From Podarcis filfolensis (taxonomy: Eukaryota), in assembly GCA_964270895.1 (NCBI GenBank), contig OZ185436.1: 64,000 nucleotides of DNA; one strand, written 5' to 3'. The notes beneath the pieces are model-generated. The model ran no database searches. It had not been told where the DNA came from and saw only the letters and a program-made list of their open reading frames with translations. Of the stretch, positions 1 through 12,744 are shown piece by piece. Position 1 is the first letter of the stretch, and every line of letters begins with the position of its first letter. Made by a program: the position numbers and the translations under genes.

Positions 1-440
1 CAGCCTACATTGGCTCCCAGTACGTTTCCGAGCACAATTCAAAGTGTTGGTGCTGACCTTTAAAGCCCTAAACGGCCTCGGTCCAGTATACCTGAAGGAG
101 CGTCTCCACCCCCATCATTCTGCCCGGATGCTGAGGTCCAGCGCCGAGGGCCTTCTGGCGGTTCCCTCCTTGCGAGAAGCAAAGCTACAGGGAACCAGGC
201 AGAGGGCCTTCTCGGTAGTGGCGCCCGCCCTGTGGAACGCCCTTCCAGCAGATGTCAAAGCGATAAACAACTACCTGACATTCAGAAGACATCTTAAGGC
301 AGCCCTGTTCAGGGAAGTTTTTAACGTGTGATATTTTACTGTATTTTTGGTTTTTATGGAAGCCGCCCAGAGTGGCTGGGGAGGCCCAGCCAGATGGGCG
401 GGGTATAAATAATAAATTATTATTATATATTATTATTATA
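1..440 (+). mobile_element. L2-clade LINE 3' end (ORF2 C-terminus, 3'UTR, (TAT)n tail)
   Basis: Peptide LVLTFKALNGLGP..RAFSVVAPALWNALP..FRRHLKAALF is typical of L2 ORF2; conserved 3' end gccgcccagagtggctggggaggcccagccagatgggcgggg. Confidence 0.85.
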
Positions 441-1943
441 AATTGCATAATACCTTTTTATTCATGTGGGTGGCATATTCTAAGTTCTATTCTCATAGGA
501 ATATGGCAGCAGCCCTGCTGGATCTGATCAAATGTTCAACTAGTCCAGTTTACTGTTCTACACAGGGCCAACCAAATGCCTCTGGGGAGCTTCCAAGTAG
601 GACCCAGCAACTGGTACTTTCTGAAACCTGGAAACTGCCCAGTCATTGTAGTAGCCATCATAGATTTATCCTCAGTGATACTTTAAGTCATATTGTTGTA
701 TTGCATATTATGTGAAATCCCTAATGGAGAAATCAGTTGTGTTTCTCTTCCTTAATATTACCAAGCAGAACCTCAGCATGATATGGTAAAAACAGAAAAA
801 CCCCTATCACTTCACTCAGGGATTTCTGATTTCCACCAATTTCTCCCCTCGCCCCATCTGTGAGAGGGTCGTCCAACCACAAGGGATGACTTCTTGGTAG
901 GTGGGAAAGCCCAATTCCCAATGGAATTCTGACAGTGGTTCTCTGGATACACACCATAATGTGATGGAAACACTAAGCATTTTCCCTTTTGTTGCTGAAT
1001 GTTTCTATAAGCTAAACGTTAGGCCTAAATCCAGAGTTCAACCACCTACAAGTTTACAAATTAAAATGGGTAGAAGATAATGGCAACACACTGGAAAAGG
1101 TAATTGGATAACAAGCAGAAAGTCACTCTGTGGCATACTTATCAGCTGTAAGTCAGACCACTCGTCACAGCCTGAGCCCTGCATATCTCAGATCTACCCA
1201 TTAGTTGGGCTTCAGTGAAGCTTTTTTCCAGTTATTTGAGTATAGGACTGATGCCTTAAACAATTAATGAGGCAGCAGGTTTTTATTTTATTTTTTAAAC
1301 ATTTTCAGTATGTTTTCATTTGTTTGGTATATTGATAAATGGCTGAACATTCCAACATACCATAGAAGTATATAACAGCAAAAATGCAACAAGTTGAAAT
1401 GGATAAAGCAATTCTCAAAAGAGAAATCAGATACAGCCCAAAGGTCAATTCATCCTTCTGGGAAAGCCTGTAAAATTAAAAAATAACAAAATGTTTTTAG
1501 CATCCAATTCACCATCTACAATGTTGCAGCCTGTGTAACTTCAAAGGGCTGTGTGTTCCACAAAGTGCGTGCTAGGCAGGACCTAGTCTGAGCCACCACG
1601 TATGTGACAGCACAAGGAAAGGTTCACACAGATGACCAAGGTGCAGGGATATAGGGGGAGCCTTCAGAAAGTTATTTAGGGGTTTATACACTAACAGTAA
1701 AAACTTAAAATTTAACCCAGTAAGCCTATTGGCTGTTTTAGTACTTGGTACTTATAAAAACTGCAGACGGCAAGTCCCATCTTCAGAAAATAAATAAACA
1801 AACCCCAACCCCATCATATAGAAGGCAAAGTCTTTTCTTAGGGTTAGGCCTGCTACAACGCAAATACCCCTTGCTTCTTGCTTCAGAATTATTAAATCTT
1901 GATAGATCAACTTAAAATTCACATGATTAATGAATGATCAGAA

Positions 1944-2073
1944 AGGGGCTGTAGCTTGATGACAAAGAACTTGTTCTGAATATAGAAGGCCCCATGTTCA
2001 TTCCCTGACATTTCTGGGTAGAATTGGAAGAGACTGTTGTGACTCAGTTTAAGGCAGCTTCCTATGTTCGTAT
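1944..2073 (+). mobile_element. Old tRNA-derived squamate SINE (Squam2-like), degraded; a related antisense copy lies at ~53610-53760
   Basis: ggggctgtagct head and aaggcagcttcctatgttc tail. Confidence 0.55.
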
Positions 2074-2870
2074 GACTAAATTTTAAATTAAATTGCTTTT
2101 ATTGATTTGTTTATTATTACTATTAATCTGCAATTATTATTACTATTAATCTGAAATCAAGCAATTGGAGGGAGGCCTTTTTTAAAGAAAAGAAAGAGGC
2201 CTAATTAAAAACAACAACACACAAAGTGGTTAAATTTTGACATCCTGTTTGATTACAGTCTGAGCTATCTGGAAACATGTAAAGCGTTTAAATAATGTAC
2301 TGCTATCTTAAATACATTTAATTGATTTGTATTTTACCACAACACTCTGACTGCTCTCTTTTCAATTCAATAAAAATATTTTTATTAGATATTTTTACAC
2401 CATTTAATAAGAATGAATAAAGTATGTAGAAGAGAAATGGCAAGATATTTATTTTTACATCCTTCTCATAAGTTTTACTGCATAATTATTTGCCTACTTG
2501 AAACTGACAGCTTTGGCCATCTGTCAGATTAACTAAAGCAGTTTTAAGCACACAGGAAAGCAATCAGAAAAGCAAAATCTTTACCTCAACTGCTATTGGA
2601 ATGAAATATTTTAAAAGAAAAAGACCTCCAAGTGCAATAATTTGAACTGGAACTCTTTTTAAGGTAATCTCTTCACATACAAATCAGATTTTACACAAAC
2701 ATGCATAGATCCAGAACCTTCGTTACAAATATGGGAAGAAATTTCTATTTCAAATCTAACATGCCAGGTCAATTAGCTCAGTAATTCAATTTCTAGACTG
2801 ACTGACCATATGAACTGCAGCGTTTCAAGCAAAGTGTCAAACGTAATTGTTTCTTGAAATGCATACTTGA

Positions 2871-3092
<222 letters not shown>

Positions 3093-6000
3093 AAGCCTTA
3101 AGAACTGGGTATGGGTATGGGCTGGTCCAGCTGTATGGACTTCAAATATGAAAAACCCTTCCTTCATATACTCTGATTTGTTCCTTCACTCCCTGGTTTG
3201 TGGCAAATGCAGTGTGCCGTGATGCTCATTCAGACAAACCATGGTCTGGATGCAACATCTGAACTGGGGGAACTAAGATCTGAAGGGGGAAATGGTGCTT
3301 GTAAGTCAGGGCTGTGCCTACTTTAATATACATAAAAAGCTCAGTCTCAAAAAAGGCCGTAACAAGATAGTTAGAGATCCAGCTAAACTTGGTATTTCAT
3401 ATTAAAATTCTGAAATGAATGGAACATTGGTTTTCTTTCTGAATCTGACACTCTTAGCAATTCCGTCACATGACTATAACTTGGGCATGATGGAATCATT
3501 TGGGTCCCCCATTCCTTGTTATGGTTAGCTTGAATCAGAATTTCTGAAGCTTTCAGATTTTATAGCTTATTTTCCCTGACAAACTCCTTTATAGCAACTC
3601 TGTATTAATTGTACCAAAGTGCACCTAACATCCTTCACATTGTAGAAAGGTGTTCCTTCTAAATAAAGCCTAGCACTCAGCATAAATGCTGATGTAGGAA
3701 AATGTTGAGAACCAGATTTTTCCAGATCTTTCATACAATAAAATATTTAACTATAATTCAGGAAAAAACCCTGTGACTGTTATATTCCATTTTAATCACA
3801 GCACACAAATAAGATTTTTTTTTTCAAGCTCTGTAGTACTCAAAGTAACTTTGAACTAGGGGGAAATTACTTCTTCTGAAACAACAAATGATGGCTTGGA
3901 TCCTAAAAATAAGTTAAGGATGTTCAGAGAAGGAAAATTTGCTGTCTCCTCCTCCTCTTCCCTGCACAGTTTCTCTGGATGTATGGGGAACCCTCCTGAG
4001 CAATGGGGGATAGGCACAGGGGGCTGCTCAGAGAAAGGAGAAATGTCCAGAATTGGACATGCTCACCTCCCCTGGGAAACCCTGAGCCCCATACATAGTG
4101 GATCTGGAACCCCCTCTCTCTGGGAAGGCTTTTCAGGAGGTACTGCCATCTGCAGTAGGGGGGAGGCAGGAATGAAGACCTTTTTGTCTATAATCTTCAT
4201 TACACTGACTGAACGATCAAAGGATCCAAGCCAAAGCACTTCCTGTCCAGGGGACTTGAAGTTTAAACAAAAAGATAAGACTTATCTTTGATAAGTCATG
4301 AAGGCACAAAAGGTTAATTTAGGCAGAAATATTTATAACCTAGCCTATCTTAATGGGTTTAGGCACACATAACATTGCACAGTGTTGGGTTGTAAATCAG
4401 TTCCTGAAAACATAGCTGTGTGGAACACTGATAGAAGAAAAGAAAAACACTAAGGCATGTCCTCCCTTTTCTCCCTGTGTGGTTGTTCCTAGGTGCACAT
4501 TCCTGGAGGCTGCTGGCACTGACATGGAGACTCTCCATGTGCTTGGTCCAATCCATGTGGTAAGTGCCAATGTTATAGCTCCTGTCACCAGAGGGAAACA
4601 TTTTTCAGTGGCTTCTAAAAAGAGCAAGAGTTCCTTGAATGCTGGGAGTCAGGAAAGGAACAGATCACTGGATACCTCTCTGTGAACTGCAGGATAGCGT
4701 CACATTTTTGATAACGGATAGTGCTGCACATGACCAGCTAAGAGCTGGCAGAGGAGTATTTTCATTTTCGTGGCTACAGAAGTAAGTTTCTGTGATGCTA
4801 AGAGAGACAAATGAGACCAAAATCAAGTTTTCTAAGATGTGTTTCTTAGATCACACCAAGATTTTAAAGCTAAAATGGTTATTCCACCATTTGGAATAAA
4901 TAATTCCAGAAGAATATTGCACCATCATTTAGGATGCCTGTCAGATATAAACTGAGAGCTACATTTTAAAGTGATAATGAACTTATATGAATTACAAGCA
5001 CCAAAATATATCAGTTATCTGCAGCCATGAGATCCATGTTACTGATGTGCCTTTAGTTTACCCACCCTTGTGTTGCAGCATCCTTTAAAGATGGACCACA
5101 GATGCCAAGTTCAGACGTTAACCTGAGCACGTTTTTCAACATTACCACCACATCTCCCTTTATGGAAACACTGGAATGTGTTCTTCCACCCATCTATCCC
5201 ACATCATTACAGCAACATTCTGATATATGGACAACTAGTTGCAGGAACTTCCAGGATCTGCAACAACCTATGTTCAAGGTCACAGACTGAGCATCCACAG
5301 CTGACCAGTTCACATGTTATTAATGTGAACACGGGTGTCCTGATCCAGCAGAGATAAGCAACATGCAGAAGAAAGTTCCACATCTGCATTCAATCACAGG
5401 CCTGGTCTTATCATTTGTCAGACTGAGACAGATGAGTTTGAGTGTCATGAAATAGCAGGAAATGGTTTGTTTATTCACAATTAATTTATTATTAGTATAT
5501 TTTTACTTCCAAGTACAGTGGCCAGTTCTTGGGGGGTGCCAAAATAACATGACTGGTTTAGGCACTATGCACCTTGGGGAGGGGAGGGGGTGCGACTTAT
5601 AGCAGTTCAAACCCAGCACCTACAGTTATCCATGGGGTGGTACATGCTGAATGAAGTCAATGTACACAGCCTGTTGCAAATGTTTGGTGTCTTTTTCTGA
5701 AAGGGAAAGGCTCAGAATTCAGGCTTTACCTTTCCTCTGATATATGCTGTGTGAGCAGGTATTTCAACCATCTGTTAACAGTACAGACAGCAGCATCATA
5801 CCTTGCTTATGAGTTTCCAAAGGCACCTTGCTGGTCAAGCTGAAAGCAGAATCATAGAAAAGATTGCTTTGGTCTGATCCACCAAGGCCCTTCTTCGGCT
5901 CTTGCTTTGAACATGTGTTATTTGGCTTTAGGAGGAAATCCGCATCAGGAAAAGGATGTGCTCACAAACACATACCCCACTTCTTATTTAGATTTTTGAT

Positions 6001-6594
6001 GCAACATTACAAATAAGTAAAATTTATTGACAGTTCACACTATGCTCATATTTCAGCATTGAGAATTAGATTACATATATTTAAAAGTCTTTATTTAAAA
6101 ACTATGTTAGAAAGTATTGTGTATGATGACAGTCTACAACACCTCTGGAATGCCTTCCAGAAGGGTTTCCTTTGTATGTACCTGCAAGCTGGGGATAGCT
6201 TTCAGTAACACTAACTGTATACAGAAAATACATAACGTGCTGCCATTAAAAAAAAAAAAGTGAAGTGAGGTACTTAAGTGAGAATGTTTGTAAAATACTG
6301 TATAGCACATATTACATATTCTTAAACTACTGTACTTGAAATTCCTCTGCTTTACAGAGGAAAGTGAACTTTTGGAAGAAAAAATTAAGAATACCACAGT
6401 CAATCTTCTATGAACAGTATCTTAATTAAAGGTTTATGTACTCCTACAGTATAATACCTATTCCTCCTACCCACAGTGACAACTCTTGGAAAATAAGCAG
6501 GCTCCAATACAGATTACTTTCCTGATAAAATGTATTACTCAAATATACTATTTTGTATATTTCTAGATTCTTTTATTGGCATAATATCTTTTGC

Positions 6595-6600
6595 AATAAA
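6595..6600 (+). terminator. Candidate distal polyadenylation signal for INSYN2B (3'UTR ~3.5 kb); proximal AATAAA also near 3662 and 3737
   Basis: AATAAA followed by a T/GT-rich stretch (ttttttctgtct) at the end of an AU-rich, 3'UTR-like tract. Confidence 0.35.
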
Positions 6601-7689
6601 CGGACATATTTTTTCTGTCTCCGGATTCTAACTTGATAGCAGAGTTTATGGTGACTGAAGGTAAGGCACTCACTCAAAACCAGCAAAACTCTTGTTTTCC
6701 AAATGGTCTTTCCCCCACTTATTTATCAATTTTGCAAGGTCAGTCTTACAACATCTGGTCAGGATTCAGCTCCATGTTGAACATGACACACATTATTTTT
6801 TTTTAGGTGTGCATCGGATGGGTTTTCATACATTTTCAAAGGCAGTAAACATCACTATATCACTGCCATTTGGCCACCTGCCTACAGATATATCTCATGT
6901 TTCATGCTCTTCTTTCACAATCAGTTAAATAGCCATCTGGATAGAGCTGTTTTGATGGAGGATTGCTTTAATCATGTTTCCTACAAGTTTCTTGAGTATG
7001 CGAAGTAAAGCAAATAGACCTACCAGACTGGCTACTTTCTATGAAAAGAACTCTTTCACAACAAAGGAAAACATGGCAAAAGAAAACACCAAGAGATTCA
7101 GTTACCACACAATATGCACTGTAATGAATTGAACAGAATATTTTAAATAGAAATACAAAATATATTCCTAGTCTCACAGCTGATGTTATTAGTCAGCATT
7201 AGAAACTGAACTTCACCTTTCCCCAATTTTTTTTTTTAAAAAACAAAGCATTTTACAACCTCCTCCCTCCCCGCCTACTGAACCTGTAAGGTATAACACA
7301 CAGGGCCACAGCATGAGTAATGGTGCTGTAGAGTGCCTAGTCCAGGAATGGGGGCATCTCTGATCCTCCAAATCTTATTGGACTACAACTTCCATGATCC
7401 ATGGCCTCCAGCTGGAACAGATGGTAGCTGATGTCCCACCACATTTGGAGGGCCACAGGTTTCCCATCCGTGGTTTAGTCACTGCTCCCCCCCCCAGCAA
7501 CCTCTTTCCAGCATTCACTCGACAGCTACCTAGTTCATTAACATTGTCTTTGCTGTATAAAATTGTGCATTCTCATTTCTTAAAATCAGATTCATCATTT
7601 TCTCAAAAACACCAAAGCAACCTACCAAAGTTAATTAAATATATAAGTAAATATAAAGACAGACAGATACAACATCAAACATGTCAACA

Positions 7690-7791
7690 GATATTTTACT
7701 GTGTTTTTGGTTTTTATGGAAGCCGCCCAGAGTGGCTGGGGAGGCCCAGCCAGATGGGCGGGGTATAAATAATAAATTATTATTATTATTA

Positions 7792-7841
<50 letters not shown>
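7690..7841 (+). mobile_element. 5'-truncated copy of the same L2 3' end with a long (TAT)n tail
   Basis: Near-identical to 330-440. Confidence 0.85.
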
Positions 7842-7842
<1 letters not shown>

Positions 7843-8687
7843 ACAGTTCAGTCTCTCAGTGCCTTTCAATCATGTGGTTAAAGGGGCGTGTGAGTCACAA
7901 ATCTGGGTCATCTTTTTTGTAATAAAATAAAAAGTTAAGCCACAAGAAGCAAGAAAAGAGACAAACTCACAAAAAAGTTTCCTATAGCTGACTCCTCATT
8001 TTAAGATATGCTTAAAATGTCTGTTCCTGCAATTAATTTGTCTCTTACTCTACCAACTTCAAGTCTCAGAGAGTTATATTAGCAGATTCTTAACTTTGGT
8101 TACTTTATAAAATCTGATAAGCAGCAGGGGTATACTTTTCCCCCTAGATACTTTGCAAATTGCTGGGTATCTCATGGCATCTCAATGCATAAAATAAGAA
8201 GAATCCTACTGCTCAGCACAGCTTATCTGTCAGCATTTAAAGCACAATTACCATTAGAATAAAGCAACTAAAATTAACACAATAGGGTTCCTTATTAATT
8301 TCCTTGCTTATCAAATCCTGTGAGTTTCATTATAATTGTCTCCATATCATAACAACTTATTTTTGAAAGAGTCGCACCACTTGCAGATTTCTTTTCTGAG
8401 GTTCTGCCCTTCCTAGTCAGCCCCACTCACTGCCTAGGGTACCCGATTCTGGATATGCCTGTCATCAGAAAGCTATCCGCTTCCCTTTCTCAGGCAGATG
8501 CACATCAGCAGTAACTGTTTAACAAAAAGCATATGCAAGAGAAATTATGGGCAGTTCAAACCAAACCAACCCGCCCGTTCAGACAGGAGTTCAGACAGGC
8601 TAGTGCTGACCCACTCCTACTCCATATGTGTCCACCCTCTGGTGTGCTTGAGAAGGAATACTACACACACTCCAACATAAGCATGTA

Positions 8688-9577
8688 GAGGGAGGGGAAA
8701 AAGTATTTGATCCCCTGCTAACTTTACCCATTTGCCCTCTGACGAAGAAATGACTAGTCCATAATTTTAATGGTAGGTTTATTGTAGCTGTGAGAGACAG
8801 AATAACAACAGGAAAACACCCAGAAACCCAGAAGACAAAAGTCAGAGATTGATGTGCATTATAATAAATGAAATAAGTATTTCATCCCCTATTAACCAGC
8901 CAGATGTCAGGCTACCTGGTATCTTCACTGTATAGAACGAGCTGAGATTAGAAGCACCTGCTGTAAGGGAGAGGTCTTACCTGTAATCCCAGTTCATTAC
9001 AGTACCTGTACAAAAGACACCTGTCAACAGAAGCAATCAATCCAGCAGATTCCAAAGTAGCCACCATGATCAAGACCAAAGACCTGTCAACCTGCACAAG
9101 GCTGGACTGGGCTACAAGACTATTGCCAAGCAGTTTGGTGAGAAGGTGACAACAGTTGGTGCAATAATTTGCAAATGGAAGAAACACAAAATAACTGTCA
9201 ACCTCCCTTGGTCTGGGGCTCCATGCAAGATCTCATCTCGTGGAGTTGCAATGATCATGAGAACGGTGATGAAGCAGCCCAGAACTACACGGGGAACTTG
9301 TCAATGATCTCAGGGCAGCTGGGACCATAGTCACCATGAAAACAGTTGGTAACACACTACGCCATGAAGGACTGAGATCTTGCAGAGCCCACAAGGTCCC
9401 CTTGCTCAAGACAGCACATGTACAGGCCTGTCTGCAGTTTGACAATGCACATCTGAATGACCCAGAGGAGAACTGGGTGAAAGTGTTGTGGTCAGAAGAG
9501 ACCAAAATTGAGCTCTTTGGCATCAACTCAACTCGCTGTGTTTGGAGGAGGAGGAATGCTGCCTACGACCCCAAGAA
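8688..9577 (+). mobile_element. Decayed Tc1-like (IR-DR type) DNA transposon: left end plus N-terminal two-thirds of the transposase; right end lost
   Basis: Transposase from ATG 9066, with frameshifts and a deletion: [13 protein letters not shown], paired-like HTH region, KVLWSEETKIELFG (first catalytic D replaced by E). The terminal motif aagtatttgatcccct (8701) recurs as aagtatttcatcccct (8875). Confidence 0.9.
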
Positions 9578-12500
9578 TGCTCCTTGCCTGGGGCACCATT
9601 TGCTCTAGGATGGGACCTGATCCTGGCTTCCTGTATATCATATGGGAATGACTAAACATAATTGAGTTTGCTAGATTATATTTAGGCGAAATGCTTTCTG
9701 TGGCAGTGAATTAATGGATGCAGTTTTAACAATTATGAGGACCGTATTGTTGTTTAGCAGTCACCCAAAAACTAAAGACAAATGACCATAAAACACTCAC
9801 CAAGCCAAAGTTTCATTGCTGGTGAACGGCCTAACACTGAAAGCGATCAACTGTACATATGTGTACTTGTACAAGGATGATAAGGATAAGAAATCTAGGA
9901 GTGTTGCTGAAAAGGTTGCCCAGTGCCACTTTGATTATGTATGGCACCCTTCCTGGCACCAAGAAAGTGCCAAGTAACTTAAGAATGCAAATGAGAGGCA
10001 ACAGACCTAAGCCAGGAATATCTGACCTAGAAAAGCAGGCTGCCTGTGTGACACAGCGACTGCAGGAAGCAACCACACCACTGAACGCTATATATATGCA
10101 CTAGATGTGAATGCTGAAACACTTCCAGCCAGAAGCAGGTGAGTCCTGTAAGTGATCTATAAACAAGCCCCTGTAGTCCTTAGTCAGGGAGATGTAATAG
10201 CAGAAGCAATGGCTGCTTTGAATGGACTGCAGCAAACCAACATCACAGTCCTCCTGAGTCTTTCCTCTCCACGCCGGAGGCAATATTATCTACTTGTCTT
10301 AATTCCAGCTGTAGCTATACCAGTTAAAATATGCTATTGTGGAACTGGCAAAACAGCTCTTTTTTATTTATTACAATCATTTGAGTAAGTTGTAGCCCAC
10401 TTTTTATATAAAACATAACCTCACAGCTGCTTACATCATAAAGATAATAATGCAAATCTATCCAATGTGAAATTAAAAAGCCCTTCAGACAGGCATTTCT
10501 TTTTCCAACAACAAGAAGAAATGCATCAGTTTGTGAGGGCGTAGGCACCAAATAAGTGGGGAAACTCATTTGCAGACAATTCCAACAACCATGGGATTGT
10601 TTAAGTTGATGTAGCATAGCAGCTAAGAGATGGAACTGAGAATTGGCAAGTCCCCAGAGTTTCCTGTTCTCTGCATGAGCTCACTATGTGGTCGTAGGCA
10701 AGCCATTCCCTCAGACACTCATCTGCAAAATTAGCATAAAAATACTCACCTATCTTCCACTGTTGCTTTGGAGTATTTGAAAGTGCTCTAGAAGTATGAT
10801 TATTAATATATGACAACCTTCCAAAGAAGTCCACAAAAATGACTCTACCAGCAACCATTTTTGCTTGCCAGGTCTCATAAAAGGCCTATGCACCAGAGAA
10901 GAAGCCAAACTATATCCCACTTAAACAAAGCTGGACCGCTGCCTATTTATTCACCAGGAGAGTATTCTTATTCTCCACAAATGACTAAGCAAGTGGCAGC
11001 TTACATGCCTACTTTAGGACATGGTAGCCATTTGGTTCATTTCTCAGTGGTGTCTATTGTGTGGTTTGATACTATAAGTACTCCTTCCACATGCCTGTCT
11101 AGATAAAACATCACTCTTTGACAGTCTGTTTTTTTAATACAGGGAGCTTCACTTTTTTTCACTTCACAGCTGAGACAGCTTTCACAGTTAAAATTTATGA
11201 GGGCAGCATTGTACATCATTCTCTGAAGCAAGTTATTGTGTTTGGAATTTTTTATGGGAAGAAGAATGACATGTTAAAGGCACCTTTGGTGTTTTACCAC
11301 GATGATTTGACCACCTTATACGCAGAAGCTTAAAAATTGAAAATATATTTTTTTAAATTAATATGTCAATATATGAAAACAAAGCTGAGTTTGGACAATC
11401 TCATTTTCACACAAAAAACATTCACAGATGATGTTAATAATATATGTTTTCTACTGCTTGAAATCTAACACACAATGAAAAGCAGGCATTAACTCGGTTG
11501 GAATCAAGCTGACATCATTATGATGCCACAAGACAAAAGCGATCGTCTGGTAGCCATGGACACAATAGATAACACAAAATAAACACATGGGGTCTGTAAG
11601 TGGCATTGTATTATGAACAAATCTGAACACAAGTAGCTTTTAAATGTGAAGAATAATGCACAGGAATCAACACTGTTTGTAGCACAGCTGTTTTGGAGTA
11701 TTTACATTTGCAAACAAACTGGCAGCCAGATACCGTACTGTCATTTAAATTGCCAGCCCAATCGTTTTTTGACAGCCAACTATATCAAACGATGCTGCAT
11801 GGGGGCGGGGACTAGCACAGTTATTTTGATTTTCTTGATACCTTTTTCTTGCAAAGTATCTTAAGCTCTGTTGAAAAGTACCCTGTTTTCAACAGTGTGG
11901 TTACTTCCTGTCTTTATAAAATGCTTAGCTATCAACATTTTATTCAAGTACCTTCTGATCTGCCAAATACATAATACTGTCAGGGATGATTTCATCTTTG
12001 CTACAGCTAAACTGTTAGCTGTAAAGGAACCAATAACAGATGAGGGTCAGGCAAGTCAGCACACCTTCCCAAGAGCCTCCTTATGAGGATAAAGAACACT
12101 CAACACTGGTTCTAAACCTTTCAATTATCTCTTACCTTCTGAAGTAGATGAGGTCACCCAAAAATTGGGAAAGCACTTATTGGTGGCAAAATATGCTCCT
12201 AGGGATTTTGGTTGTGGTTGTTCATTTGTCCAGGTGCAATTATTTGCCACACAGTGTTTAGTATTCTTTCTATCCTGCTTTTCTTTTTCAAAAGAAGCAC
12301 CTCAGGCAGTTAGCATTAAAAACTCCAACAGCATAAACAACAAATGGACTCAGGAAACCAGAGAAAGGACATCACCAACCCCTTCTCCACTTTTGCCAGC
12401 TGCACCAATGCTGGCCTTAGAGGGGAGAAGCCAAGTGGCAGGTGGCCTGGGCAGGCCAATGGAAGGGGATTGGCTAGTTCCCTCTGCCTGCAGCAGGATG

Positions 12501-12648
12501 GCTGTGTACTGATGGGCTTTGCTCTGGGAGCTGCAGCCTTCAAACATGCCAGGGTAGCTATTGCCTGCTAGTTCTACATCTTCCACTAATGGTGCTTGTG
12601 TGCCCAGAGCTCTAGCAGTGAAATGTATTTACAAAACCGATTACTCAC

Positions 12649-12744
12649 AATTAAGGTGTCATCTCTTCCCATTCTAATGACAGCCCTGTTAATGGTGCGC
12701 AGCAGCTGGACCATTATTTCTTGTATGTGCTGATGAGTTGACTT
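12649..12744 (-). CDS. DOCK2: DOCK2 exon (~27), 96 nt: [32 protein letters not shown]
   Basis: Acceptor ttgctttacag, donor gtgagt; lies inside ORF 12586..12810. No further DOCK2 exon is recognisable in 1-12648. Confidence 0.95.

Noticed and set aside
44-331. 95-aa ORF as a host gene
   Set aside because: It is an L2 ORF2 C-terminus followed by the L2 3'UTR and tail.
5102-5290. ORF with N-glycosylation sequons (NLS, NIT) as a receptor N-terminus or an alternative INSYN2B last exon
   Set aside because: No transmembrane segment follows; its acceptor phase does not match the phase-2 INSYN2B intron; it lies in the probable 3'UTR.
7681-7881. Poly-Ile or poly-Leu ORFs (also 15378..15734, 15572..16033)
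   Set aside because: These are translations of (TAT)n LINE tails.
12455-12485. Opposed CCAAT boxes in a GC-richer patch near exon 27 as a promoter
   Set aside because: No CpG enrichment or other support; short motifs like this are expected by chance.
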